Assembly: GCA_045602085.1 (NCBI GenBank)
Contig: JAZSAV010000039.1
Span: 36,118 to 100,117 of the forward strand
Direction: 5' to 3'
DNA length: 64,000 nucleotides
From: Prevotella sp.
GTDB taxonomy: Bacteria > Bacteroidota > Bacteroidia > Bacteroidales > Bacteroidaceae
In this document: piece after piece, positions 37,283 to 47,606 of the stretch
Layout: every line of letters begins with the position of its first letter
Numbering within the stretch: the first letter of the stretch is position 1
The notes under the pieces: model-generated
Databases searched by the model: none
What the model was told of the DNA's origin: nothing
What the model saw: only the letters and a program-made list of their open reading frames with translations
Made by a program: the position numbers and the translations under genes

Positions 37283-38065
37283 GTGAAAATTAAGGAAGTG
37301 TTGAGCGCCCTTGAACGATTCGCGCCTCTGCCATTGCAGGAAGGCTGGGACAATGCCGGCTTGCAAATCGGATTGACAGAGGCGGAAGTTTCAGGGGCAT
37401 TATTGTGTCTTGACGTCAACGAGGCTATTGTTGACGAGGCCATCGAAAAGGGGTGCAATCTGATTGTTTCCCACCATCCCTTGCTGTTCAAAGGACTAAA
37501 GACCATCTCCGATGGCGACTATGTGCAGCGCACGGTGATGAAAGCCATCATGAACAGCATTGCCATTGTTTCCATGCACACGAACATGGACAATGCCAAG
37601 GGTGGGGTGAACTATAAGATTGCAGAGCATCTGGGATTGCAGGAGGTGAAGTTCTTCGCCGAGAAACCGGGGGCTGTCGAGGCAGGAAGCGGGGTAGTGG
37701 GCTTATTGCCGGAACCAATGTCAGCAACCGCCTTCATACAACAGGTGAAAGAACGCTTCGGCGTGAAGTGTGCCCAGTGCAACCAGTTGCTTCAGCGTCC
37801 CGTCCGCAAGGTTGCCATCTGTGGCGGTTCGGGCGATTTCCTGCTTGGCGATGCCATAACACAAGGTGCCGATGCCTTTATCACGGGCGAGATGCACTAT
37901 CATGTTTATTTCGGTCAGGAGCAGAAGATACAGATATGTGTCATCGGCCACTACGAAAGTGAGCAGTTTACAAGTGAAATATTTAAATCAATAATCGAGG
38001 ACGAGTGCCCAGGACTGCCGGTGATGATTGCGCAGACAAGCACAAATCCTATAATCTATTTATAA
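37283..38065 (+). CDS. Nif3/YbgI-like dinuclear metal-centre protein
   Basis: WDNAGLQIG, SHHPLLF, HTNMD, CGGSG, TGE..YH, GHYESEQ. Confidence 0.92.
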   Translation: MKIKEVLSALERFAPLPLQEGWDNAGLQIGLTEAEVSGALLCLDVNEAIVDEAIEKGCNLIVSHHPLLFKGLKTISDGDYVQRTVMKAIMNSIAIVSMHTNMDNAKGGVNYKIAEHLGLQEVKFFAEKPGAVEAGSGVVGLLPEPMSATAFIQQVKERFGVKCAQCNQLLQRPVRKVAICGGSGDFLLGDAITQGADAFITGEMHYHVYFGQEQKIQICVIGHYESEQFTSEIFKSIIEDECPGLPVMIAQTSTNPIIYL

Positions 38066-38068
38066 TTT

Positions 38069-38899
38069 ATGGCAAAGAAAGATCCAACAGATTTGTCGGT
38101 AGAAGAGAGATTGAAAGCCCTCTACCAGTTGCAGACAGCCCTCTCGGCAATCGACGAGAAGAAGGCATTGAGAGGTGAGTTGCCTCTTGAAGTAAAGGAC
38201 TTGGAAGACGAGATTGAAGGTCTGTCAACACGTGTTGAGAAGATACAGACAGAAATTGACGAGTATCAGAAGGCCATCGCACTGAAGAAAGGCGAAATCA
38301 TCGAGGCTCAGACAAGTGTTGACCGCTACAAGAACCAGCTCAACGAGGTTAAGAACAACCGTGAGTATGACACGCTGAGCAAGGAAATCGAGTTCCAGTC
38401 ACTGGAAATAGAGCTCTGCAACAAGAAAATCAAGGAGGCAGTGGCTCGCGTAGCTGAGCGTACAGCAACACTCGAGGATACTCAGAAGGTAATCGAGGAG
38501 CGCAAGAGCGACCTTGACGTGAAGAAGGCTGAGCTCGACGAGATTATGGAAGAGACACGTGCCGAGGAAGAGAAGCTCAAGGCAAAGGTTAAGGAACTGG
38601 AGATAAAGATTGAGCCACGTCTGCTTGCATCGTTCAAGCGCATCCGCTCAAGTGCCCGCAACGGTCTTGGCATGGTTTACGTTCAGCGTGATGCCTGCGG
38701 TGGTTGCTTCAACAAGATTCCGCCACAGCGCCAGCTCGACATCAAGATGCACAAGAAGATTATCGTGTGCGAGTATTGCGGCCGTATCCTCATCGACCCA
38801 GAATTGGCTGGTGTTAAGACAGCTGCTCCTGTTGAGGACAAGAAACCACGCAAGCGTGCTATCCGCAAGACAAAGAAAGACGACGAGGGTGCTGAATAA
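38069..38899 (+). CDS. Coiled-coil protein with C4 zinc ribbon
   Basis: Long coiled coil, CGGC...CEYCGRIL. Confidence 0.88.
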   Translation: MAKKDPTDLSVEERLKALYQLQTALSAIDEKKALRGELPLEVKDLEDEIEGLSTRVEKIQTEIDEYQKAIALKKGEIIEAQTSVDRYKNQLNEVKNNREYDTLSKEIEFQSLEIELCNKKIKEAVARVAERTATLEDTQKVIEERKSDLDVKKAELDEIMEETRAEEEKLKAKVKELEIKIEPRLLASFKRIRSSARNGLGMVYVQRDACGGCFNKIPPQRQLDIKMHKKIIVCEYCGRILIDPELAGVKTAAPVEDKKPRKRAIRKTKKDDEGAE

Positions 38900-38937
38900 C
38901 ACAGTGATTTAGTTCTTTTTAAACAACGAATTAAACG

Positions 38938-39159
38938 AATTACACTAATTTTTCTTATTGATAATTGGTAAAATCCGTTTAATTCGTTGTTTTTTATCAA
39001 CCCCATTCACATTGTTCGTGGAATCAAACTTCGAGTTTAATTTTTAGTAAACAACGAATTTAACGACGTGTTGATGAACGAAGTGAGTAATTACACTAAT
39101 TTATTCTTATTGATAATTGGTAAAATTCGTTTAATTCGTTGTTTTTTTATCACCCCATT
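38938..39159. repeat. Duplicated ~70-bp segment between convergent genes
   Basis: AATTACACTAATTT...CCCCATT at 38938-39007 and 39089-39159. Confidence 0.85.
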
Positions 39160-39189
39160 AGCGTTAATTCGAGTAATCCGTGATTTTAC

Positions 39190-39864
39190 TTACAACACGC
39201 TGTCCTCGACGATGTGACCGTCAAGCAGATTTATTGTGCGCTCGGCAACAGCAGCGTCACGTTGTGAGTGAGTAACCATGACGATTGTAGTACCTTCGTC
39301 GTTCAGTTGCTTAAGCAGTTCCATCACCTCAAATCCGTTCTTGGAGTCGAGATTACCTGTTGGCTCGTCGGCAAGAATCAGTTTGGGCTTTGTTACCACA
39401 GCCCTTGCTATTGCCACACGCTGCTGCTGACCGCCCGACAACTGGTTAGGGTAGTGCTTTGACCTGTGACTGATGCCCATGCGGCGTAACATCTCCACAA
39501 CCCTTTCCTGTCGCTCCTTTTTAGGAACACCGAGATACTTCAGAGGCAATTCAACGTTCTGCTCAACGTTCAGTTCATCAATCAGGTTGAAACTCTGGAA
39601 CACAAATCCAATCTGTCCTTTGCGCACCATTGTTCGCTCGCTCTCCTTGAGTGAACCCACCTCCGTGCCGGCCAAATTGTATGTGCCTTCTGTAGGATTG
39701 TCAAGCAGTCCTAATATATTCAAGAGTGTTGATTTGCCACATCCAGAAGGTCCCATGATTGCCACGAACTCACCTTCTTCTACTTTCATTGTTATGCCTG
39801 CAAGGGCAACGGTTTCCACCTCTTCTGTGCGGAACACTTTCTTAATGTTTTCTAACTGTATCAT
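39190..39864 (-). CDS. ABC transporter ATP-binding protein (MacB/LolD type)
   Basis: [22 protein letters not shown]. Confidence 0.95.
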   Translation of the reverse strand: MIQLENIKKVFRTEEVETVALAGITMKVEEGEFVAIMGPSGCGKSTLLNILGLLDNPTEGTYNLAGTEVGSLKESERTMVRKGQIGFVFQSFNLIDELNVEQNVELPLKYLGVPKKERQERVVEMLRRMGISHRSKHYPNQLSGGQQQRVAIARAVVTKPKLILADEPTGNLDSKNGFEVMELLKQLNDEGTTIVMVTHSQRDAAVAERTINLLDGHIVEDSVL

Positions 39865-39949
39865 GATGTTTTATTTTTAACAACGAATTAAACTAATTAT
39901 ACGAATTTTACTACGAGTAGTTATTTTATTCTTTAGGAGTGAAGGAGTG

Positions 39950-40093
39950 TAAGAGGCAGGAGTGTAGACAATAGTAGGCTAAACTGTTCAAACATAGTCA
40001 GAAGCGCGTGTCAAACATACGTCTACACTCCTGTACTCCAGTCTCCTATACTCCTTTCAGAGTCCTCCCCTCGGGGAGGCCAGGTGGGGGCTT
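39950..40093 (-). mobile_element. MITE/REP-like composite repeat, copy 2
   Basis: Perfect 12-bp inverted ends AGGAGTGTAGAC (39958-39969) and GTCTACACTCCT (40021-40032). Confidence 0.7.
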
Positions 40094-40095
40094 TT

Positions 40096-42477
40096 CTACT
40101 CCGTCTTAATACTATTAATAGGATTCTCATTTGCCGTTTTCCAACTTTGGATAATCACCGTTGAGAGTGTAATGAAGGCAACGACAACAAGCGACAAGGC
40201 AAACAACCACCAACTGATTTCCGTGCGCTCGGCAAAGTTCTTCAGCCATTCGTTGCCGAAATACCAAGCAGCCGGTGCGGCAATGACGAAGGCAAAGACA
40301 ATCATCGTGGCGTATTTTCGACAGAGCAACAGGAGTATTTCGCCGACACTGCTACCCATTATCTTGCGGATGCCAATCTCTTTGCGACGATATTCTGTTT
40401 CAAACATCGTGAGGCAGAACACGCCGATGAGCGTTATCAGCAGGCAAACAACAGAGAATATCACAACCTGTGAGATAAAGCGGAATTCCTCTTTGTAAGT
40501 GTCTTCCAGTTCTTTGTCAAGGAAGCTTACATTGACATTGCCGTGACCATCCATCTTGTTGATGCAATCCTCAAGTTTCTTTCGCATCGCTACCTTGTCG
40601 GTGCCAGCAGCTACGCGGATGTTCATCACGTTACCGCCACCCCAGTTTTTATATTGTTCGCCGAAGATTACGAATGCCAACGGTTTGCTCGCATTGTCCT
40701 GACGTACAGATCCGAAACGAACATTCTCGCATACGCCAACTACTCGCAAATCGTTTCTGATAAGAGGTTTGTCAATCTCTACCCAATCCCATTGCTTGCG
40801 TGCAGCTTCATTTATTATATAAACGTCGCCGTCGTGCTCGTTGAAGTCACGTCCCTCAATAACCTTTATGCCTAATGTCCTGAGATATTGCCAGTCAACA
40901 GGCAATGCCTCAAAAAATACAGTATGGTCGTCGTCACCTCTTCCCCATTGCGTATATCCATCGTTTGAACCGAGAACATCTCTTGACCTTGCAATAGATT
41001 CAACACCCGAAATGTTTTTAAGGTTCTGCGCAAGTTCGTCGTATTTGCCAGCTCTAATATAGTCAAGTCGTGCAAAGAACACCTGTTCCTTGTCGAAGCC
41101 ATAATCTGAATTGAAGATATAGCGGCTTTGCATAAACAGAACACCTATATAACTTACCATAAAGAACGACACAACCAACTGGAATGCAACGAGTATAGTG
41201 CGCAGCTGTTTGCCTTTTGGCGACAAACCAAACGAGCCTTTCAATACCAATGCCGGAGCAAACGAGGTGGCATAGAAGGCAGGATACATGCTTGCGCCCA
41301 CAGCTGTGATGATGCTTGCTGCCAATGTCAGTAACAGAATATCCATGTTCTCTATTATAGCAATATTGCCTTGCATCAGTTCCTTTATCTCTGGCATTTC
41401 AGATAATAAATAGATAATGCCTGTGGCCACGGCAAATGCAAATAGCGAAACAACAATGCTTTCGCAAACAAGTTCCATTCTTTGTGCCCAAAGTCCTTTG
41501 CCAAGCACAAGACGTGTGTTGATGCCTTTTATGCGAATAGGACTCTCTGCAAGCGTGAAGTTCAGGAAGTTGATGGCAGCAACAAGCAGCACCAGTAGAC
41601 AAGCAATCTCAAGAATCATCATCATTCCCTTGTTGCCCTTGTCGAAATAAGTTTCTGTACCAGAAAAGTATGTTTCAGCCATTGGATTCAGACGTGCCTT
41701 GCGCTTGGCAAATACCTCTTTAAGGTATTCTCTGTTTTCCTCAGTGTCCGCTTCCTGCTTTATTAAGTTTTCAAATAATCTGTATTCAATATCTCTGATT
41801 TGCTTCTCCACCTCTGCCACATTGGCGTCCTTGCGTAGCTTAATAAAGCAGCCGTAGTTCTGGTTGTTAGGATTATCTTTGTTCTCGTCTCCCCAATGGC
41901 TGTACATGATGTTTCGCACAGATGAGTTTTCGGGGAAGTCCTCATATACGCCACGCACCAGCACACTGTCTGTGCCATCATACATATATCTGCCAGCCAC
42001 CTGCACCTCATCGAAAAACAACATCGCCATAGATGCCGGTATAAGAACGCCGGCACGGTCTTCGTCTGTCCATTCTAATTTGCCGTCAAGGCAACGGGGA
42101 GAGAAAGGAGAAAGCACCTTGTTGCCTGCTCTTGAAAACAATACCGACAAATCAACTCCATTCTTCTTTGCTTCCCAATGGGCAGGATACAACTGATAAC
42201 AGCTGACAGTTTCTACCTGGGGCAATTCGGCAATGCCTTCTGCATGAGGACGTGAACAACATATACCGAAACCGAATTGGTCTGCCGCCATAGATGTTAG
42301 TTCCAGTCGGTATATCCTTTCATAGTCTTTTATGCCCTTGTTATAACTATTGTTATAATCAACCTGTGTCATAAACACATAGAAGGCGGCAAAGGCTATG
42401 GTAAGCCCGATAAAGTTGAGTATGCTCGCCACCTTAAAGCGGCGGAACATGTACCATAAGTTTCTTAGTATTTCCAT
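40096..42477 (-). CDS. ABC transporter permease (MacB/FtsX family)
   Basis: Two periplasmic/TM halves, RRKEIGIRKIMGS, NPINSIKTE end. Confidence 0.9.
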   Translation of the reverse strand: MEILRNLWYMFRRFKVASILNFIGLTIAFAAFYVFMTQVDYNNSYNKGIKDYERIYRLELTSMAADQFGFGICCSRPHAEGIAELPQVETVSCYQLYPAHWEAKKNGVDLSVLFSRAGNKVLSPFSPRCLDGKLEWTDEDRAGVLIPASMAMLFFDEVQVAGRYMYDGTDSVLVRGVYEDFPENSSVRNIMYSHWGDENKDNPNNQNYGCFIKLRKDANVAEVEKQIRDIEYRLFENLIKQEADTEENREYLKEVFAKRKARLNPMAETYFSGTETYFDKGNKGMMMILEIACLLVLLVAAINFLNFTLAESPIRIKGINTRLVLGKGLWAQRMELVCESIVVSLFAFAVATGIIYLLSEMPEIKELMQGNIAIIENMDILLLTLAASIITAVGASMYPAFYATSFAPALVLKGSFGLSPKGKQLRTILVAFQLVVSFFMVSYIGVLFMQSRYIFNSDYGFDKEQVFFARLDYIRAGKYDELAQNLKNISGVESIARSRDVLGSNDGYTQWGRGDDDHTVFFEALPVDWQYLRTLGIKVIEGRDFNEHDGDVYIINEAARKQWDWVEIDKPLIRNDLRVVGVCENVRFGSVRQDNASKPLAFVIFGEQYKNWGGGNVMNIRVAAGTDKVAMRKKLEDCINKMDGHGNVNVSFLDKELEDTYKEEFRFISQVVIFSVVCLLITLIGVFCLTMFETEYRRKEIGIRKIMGSSVGEILLLLCRKYATMIVFAFVIAAPAAWYFGNEWLKNFAERTEISWWLFALSLVVVAFITLSTVIIQSWKTANENPINSIKTE

Positions 42478-42699
42478 GTTTATAATGCTTAATTTTTAAT
42501 GCTTAATGCTTAATTGTTTGTTGAGTAGACGAGTAAACAAGTTGACAAGTTGCTTGTTTGGTTGACGAGAAGTTCCTTGAGTGTAACGAAAAAACAAGTT
42601 GTTTGATTTAGTTGATGTGTAGATTGGTCAATGGGATTTGATAACACTGACGGTATCAACTCGTTAACTTGTCAACTTGTCAACTCGTCAACTTACTCA

Positions 42700-43953
42700 T
42701 TAATTAATCTCCAGTTTCTGATATTTCTCGTAAGCTTCATAACCGCTGGTGATAACCTTTTCGCCTGGTTCAAGGCCTGTGCTCACCTCGTAGAACATAG
42801 GGTTCTGACGGTCAATCTTGATGTTTCGTCGGTAGGCAGTCTTTCCGCTCTTGTCGAGAACGAAAATCCAGTTGCCGCCGGTGGTTTGGAAGAACGAACC
42901 TCGCGGAATGAATACCGACTGCTCTGCCTTGCCAAGTTCAAGATTCACATAGTAGGTCTGTCCGCTTCTAATCTGCTCCGGTCGTTCGCCGTCGAACTTG
43001 AAATCGGTGCGGAACTTGCCGTCACGGACTTCAGGATATACCTTTCTGACTATCAGATTATAATTCTTTTCGCCCCTTGAAAATGTCGCCTTTTGTCCAG
43101 GCACGACACGGTCGATATATTGTTCGGGTATTTCTGCCTGAATCTTGAAATCGGAAAGGTCGTTAATCTGTCCTATCTTATGTCCCGAACCGATGCTCTG
43201 GCCGAGCGACACGTCAAGCAATCCCAGTTCGCCGTCGATGCTGCTGCGCACTTCTAGATTGTCTTTTCTCTTATGCACGAGTACCACATTTCGTCGCATG
43301 TTAGCCAGATTGTCTTCCATCTGCTCCATCTGTACGCTTCTGTAAATGCTGTCCTGTTGCAACCTGCTTCCCACGAGTCGGTGTTTCTTCTGTGCCAGTT
43401 CGTAGTCTTCTTTTGCTTGCAGATAGTTTTCTCGGCTTATCAGTTTCTCTTCAAACAGACGCTTGTTCTGTTCGTAAGTTCGTTTCTTCCTTTGAATGTC
43501 CATGTCCAACTGTGCCTGCTCTGTCATATTGCTGAGCAAGTCCTGTTGCATGGCCACCTGAGTGTTGCGCAGCAGATTCTGCTTCTCTGCCAGTTCAGCT
43601 TCGGCATTGAGAATCTGAAGGTCGAGGGCAGAGTTTGAAAGGCGGACAATAACATCGCCCTTCTTAACCATGGCACCCTCTTCAACAACCTTTTCAACTA
43701 CGATGCCTCCCTCTTCGGGCGATATATATACTATCTCGATAGGCATCACCTGACCGTTGGTGCGTACATATTCCTTAAACTCTCCCTGTCTTACATCGCC
43801 TATGCTTATGTCGTCGGCGTTGATTTTCAGGGTGGCTTCGTGATTTCCGAAAATAAGCCATAATGCAATTATAAAGGCAAAAACTCCTGCAGCGATATAA
43901 CCCCAGTGCTTTTTTAGTTGGAAACCTTTCTTTTTCTCAATCTTTATGTCCAT
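42700..43953 (-). CDS. Periplasmic adaptor (HlyD/MacA family)
   Basis: N-terminal TM, lipoyl-like GGIV.EK.VEEG, coiled coil, GLEPGEKVITS. Likely start 43953. Confidence 0.9.
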   Translation of the reverse strand: MDIKIEKKKGFQLKKHWGYIAAGVFAFIIALWLIFGNHEATLKINADDISIGDVRQGEFKEYVRTNGQVMPIEIVYISPEEGGIVVEKVVEEGAMVKKGDVIVRLSNSALDLQILNAEAELAEKQNLLRNTQVAMQQDLLSNMTEQAQLDMDIQRKKRTYEQNKRLFEEKLISRENYLQAKEDYELAQKKHRLVGSRLQQDSIYRSVQMEQMEDNLANMRRNVVLVHKRKDNLEVRSSIDGELGLLDVSLGQSIGSGHKIGQINDLSDFKIQAEIPEQYIDRVVPGQKATFSRGEKNYNLIVRKVYPEVRDGKFRTDFKFDGERPEQIRSGQTYYVNLELGKAEQSVFIPRGSFFQTTGGNWIFVLDKSGKTAYRRNIKIDRQNPMFYEVSTGLEPGEKVITSGYEAYEKYQKLEIN

Positions 43954-44202
43954 AGTTATTTTTTTAGTAAACGAGTAAACAAGTTGACAAGTAAACAAGT
44001 TGTTAGTTACAGAGTCTTTGTTTATTTTTAGTAAACGAGTAAACAAGTTGACGAGTAAACGAGTTGTATGTGTTAGCAGGCTGGTTCTTGTTTTAGAACT
44101 TTTAAGTTTGTGAACTACAAGTCACATAACTTGTCAACTTGTCAACTTGTTAACTTGTCAACTCGTCAACTTATCAACTCATCAACTTATCAACTCAAAT
44201 TA

Positions 44203-45498
44203 TCAATGCGTATAATACCTTATTAGCTGATGCTTCAATGCTATTGTCAACCGGCTCTTAGCCAAATCTGCCCGTGTTTTCAGTAGGGTAGAAGCCGATG
44301 TCTGAAGGTCGATGGCGGTAGAAAGTCCTTCGTTGTATTGGTGCTTTATGAGCGAATAGGCTATGCTGTCGCTCGCTGCCTTCTTTTCAAGTTGCTTTGT
44401 TTCTTTTATGCTGCCGTAGTAGTCGAGCTCCGCCTCCTTTAGTAGCTTTTGCAGCTCTACTGTCTTCTGCTCGTAGTTCTCGCATGCTATTTTGTAGTTG
44501 TTCTTTGCTCGTCGTATGCTTGCTATTGTGTTAAGCCTGTTGAAGAGAGGAATACTCATAGAAGCACCCACATATTCGCCTCTGTTGTTCTTGAATTGCT
44601 GATTGAATGATTGCGTGTTTTCAGAATGCAGTGTCTTGTAATAGTTGGTTCCTATACCTGCATTGACAGACAACGAGGGGAAGAGGGCCGACCTTGTGCG
44701 GCGCAACTGGTGGAGTGCAGAGCGTTGTGCATAATAGCTCTGCTGTAATTCCGGGTTGTTGCTAATGCCATTTGCAGAGATTTCGGCAATGCTTATGTCT
44801 TCAGTTGTCAGCGAATGGTTCTCTGAAAGAATCAGCGTGTCGGCAAGCGGATAGTTCATTTCCTTTTTTAGAGAAAGCATTGCCAGATGCAAGTTGTTCT
44901 GCTGCTGTGTAATCAGATATTCGTCGGCAGCCAACTGCGCTTCAATCTGAGCCACGTCGGCAGGACTTTTGCGTCCAATCTCTTCCATAAGGCGCGTCTG
45001 TTTCAGTGTGAGAATGCTTTCTTGAAGTTTCTCTTCTGCCATTTTCACGGTACCTTTATAATAAAGTACGTTGATGAATGCCTGAAAAACAGCCAGTGCC
45101 GTTTGGTCTTTCTGCTGTTGCAGATTGTTCTTTCCCATCAGAACATCGGCCTTTGCTGCTCTAAGGCTATGTATTCTTGAAAAGCCATCGAATATAGGCA
45201 GACTTGTGGAAAGGCTATAGCTGTTGTTGAAAGTGCTGACGTCGGTGTAGGTGTTTGTCTCAGGGTCGATGGCACGTCCGAAATTATACTGCGCCCCTAT
45301 GTTTGCTCCTATGCTTGGCAAGAAACTGCCAATGGCACTCAGCCTTTCAGCCTTATAGTTGTCGAGCGAAAGAGTGGCTTTCCTGACGTTGTGGTTATGC
45401 TCTACCGCATAATCCATACACTGCCATACGCTCCATTGCTCTTGCGCATTGGCTTGCAAGGCTTGCATCAGTATGAGTGTAAGATATAACTTTTTCAT
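44203..45498 (-). CDS. TolC-family outer membrane channel
   Basis: Signal peptide, CMDYAVEHN, two OEP-like repeats. Likely start 45498. Confidence 0.88.
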   Translation of the reverse strand: MKKLYLTLILMQALQANAQEQWSVWQCMDYAVEHNHNVRKATLSLDNYKAERLSAIGSFLPSIGANIGAQYNFGRAIDPETNTYTDVSTFNNSYSLSTSLPIFDGFSRIHSLRAAKADVLMGKNNLQQQKDQTALAVFQAFINVLYYKGTVKMAEEKLQESILTLKQTRLMEEIGRKSPADVAQIEAQLAADEYLITQQQNNLHLAMLSLKKEMNYPLADTLILSENHSLTTEDISIAEISANGISNNPELQQSYYAQRSALHQLRRTRSALFPSLSVNAGIGTNYYKTLHSENTQSFNQQFKNNRGEYVGASMSIPLFNRLNTIASIRRAKNNYKIACENYEQKTVELQKLLKEAELDYYGSIKETKQLEKKAASDSIAYSLIKHQYNEGLSTAIDLQTSASTLLKTRADLAKSRLTIALKHQLIRYYTH

Positions 45499-45725
45499 GT
45501 TTAATTTGTTTTTCTGATGCAAAGTTATTGTTTGTGCTATGTTTGTGCAAGAAATATAACCTTAGGCAATGCCGATTGTCAAATTTTTAGACACTTTCAT
45601 GTATAAATATTTTACACATCCCATTATTCTTTTGGATTTTCGGGAAAGGTTGTTATCTTTGCAATAGAAAATCATTTTGAGAAGTGAGGAACCTCACAAC
45701 CTCATGACCTCAACACCTCAACAAT

Positions 45726-46253
45726 ATGGACAAATGTGGAACAATTCTTGTCGTTGACGACAATCCGGCGATACATACCGCACTTAAATATGCACTGGAA
45801 AATACGTTCAGTGAGATTATTTCGTTGACGCAACCTGATGCAATATTGAAAACAATGGCTCAGCAAACGGTCGATGTGGTGTTGCTCGATATGAACTTCA
45901 CGTTGGGCGTGAACACAGGGCAAGACGGATTGCTATGGTTGCGGACAATTAAAAAGCTCCATCCGCAAATGCCGGTTGTACTGTTGACGGCATACGCTGA
46001 TGTGCAATTGGCGGTAAAAGGACTCAAAAGTGGTGCCGCTGACTTCATTGTCAAACCTTGGGATAATGAAGAGTTGGTGTATAAGCTTAGAGAAGTGCTG
46101 CGGAAATCTACCGAGGTAGTAACGCTCGATGAAGTTGAAGCTGAGCATATAAGAAGGGCAGTGGATATGAGTCACGGAAATCTGTCGAAGGCAGCCGACA
46201 TGCTTGGCATATCACGCCAGACGCTATATAATAAAATGAAGAAACAATCTTAG
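45726..46253 (+). CDS. Response regulator (receiver + Fis-type HTH, no AAA+ domain)
   Basis: LVVDD, LLDMNF, TAY, KPW, GNLSKAADMLGISRQTLYNK. Confidence 0.88.
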   Translation: MDKCGTILVVDDNPAIHTALKYALENTFSEIISLTQPDAILKTMAQQTVDVVLLDMNFTLGVNTGQDGLLWLRTIKKLHPQMPVVLLTAYADVQLAVKGLKSGAADFIVKPWDNEELVYKLREVLRKSTEVVTLDEVEAEHIRRAVDMSHGNLSKAADMLGISRQTLYNKMKKQS

Positions 46254-46335
46254 TCGCATACACTCCTCACTCCTCACTCCTCACTCCTCACTCCTAACCC
46301 CTAACTCCTAACCCCTCACTCCTAACTCTTTAAAT

Positions 46336-47241
46336 ATGTACCCGATTATCATAATCATAATAGCCATATTGCTGATTGTTTTTCTGATTTGGCTTGCCTA
46401 TCATCAGAAAACACTCAAACAGCGTGCATATCTGATGAAAGAAGCCATACGCAACAAGGATTTCATGTTCAGAATATCAACCAAAGGTTTGTTGCCAGGC
46501 GAACGAGCATTGCAACAGGCACTGAACGAGATGGGGGAAACAATGGCAGACAACATCAAGAAGAACGAGGTTGAGGCATGGGAACGGCTGATGCGTGTGC
46601 TTACTCACGAGATAATGAATGCCACGGCACCTATTTCAAGCATCAGTCAGGCAATGCTTTCGCGTGATGACGTCAGGAACACTCCTCTCGAAGATGGCAT
46701 CCGGGCGATAAATGCAACAGCCAATCATCTGAATGTGTTTGTTGATAGTTATCGTAAACTCACTCAGTTGCAGAACCCGGTAATGGAAACCGTGGCAGTC
46801 AAGGACATGGTGGCGGAAATCATTGCACTTTATCCTGAAATAGCATGGGACACGAATGATGTAGTAGAGTGTGACATCTACACCGACTCTTCAATGCTTC
46901 GCCAGGTACTTATCAATCTGATAAAGAATGCAGTCGAGGCAAAGGCTGATAAGATGGCGATTGAGGCGAAAAGCATAGAGTCGGCAGACGGGAACCGGCA
47001 TCTTGCTATATGCATAAGCAATAACGGAACTCCTATTCCTCCAGAAGTGGCATCCACTATTTTTGTACCTTTCTTCACAACAAAAAGCAGTGGTACAGGC
47101 ATCGGTCTTTCTCTTAGTCGTCAGTTGATGTCAAAATTAGGCGGCTCAATAGAACTGCTCGACTACAGTCGCACGTCATACATCACCACCTTCCGCTTGC
47201 AGTTGCCAGTAGCGGTAAATAGGCCCCAAGTCGGCCATTAG
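46336..47241 (+). CDS. Sensor histidine kinase
   Basis: HEIMN H-box, NLIKNA, NNG.PI, FVPFFTTK, GTGIGL. Confidence 0.92.
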   Translation: MYPIIIIIIAILLIVFLIWLAYHQKTLKQRAYLMKEAIRNKDFMFRISTKGLLPGERALQQALNEMGETMADNIKKNEVEAWERLMRVLTHEIMNATAPISSISQAMLSRDDVRNTPLEDGIRAINATANHLNVFVDSYRKLTQLQNPVMETVAVKDMVAEIIALYPEIAWDTNDVVECDIYTDSSMLRQVLINLIKNAVEAKADKMAIEAKSIESADGNRHLAICISNNGTPIPPEVASTIFVPFFTTKSSGTGIGLSLSRQLMSKLGGSIELLDYSRTSYITTFRLQLPVAVNRPQVGH

Positions 47242-47270
47242 ATTTTTGTTCCATTAACCGCTTTTTTATT

Positions 47271-47394
47271 CTAATACGGATAATTTACAAGTTTTCTTCA
47301 TTCCTAATACGGATAATTTACAAGTTTTCATTATTTCTAATACGGATAAAATGCAGAAAATGCAGAATCCTAATACGGATAATTTATAAGTTTT
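47271..47394 (+). repeat. Four direct repeats at exact 33-bp period
   Basis: CTAATACGGATAA at 47271, 47304, 47337, 47370; three copies extend as TTTA(C/T)AAGTTTT. Confidence 0.9.
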
Positions 47395-47606
47395 TATTGG
47401 CTGCGAATTACAAAATTCTTATTTTTTTCGTTTACCTTATATATTTATAATATGCTGTATGGTTTATCATTGCCCAAGATCATTTTACTAAAAATGGTAG
47501 TCATCCTATGCATTTTAGGTATACAAAGAGTTAAAAATGAGAAAAAATCTCATAATTTTATATGTATATAATATATTTTCTGTATATTTGCACAAAATTT
47601 TGAGAT

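Noticed and set aside
47271-47394. Possible mini-CRISPR array
   Set aside because: Variable parts are only ~8 bp in three units, the period is 33 bp, and no cas genes are present
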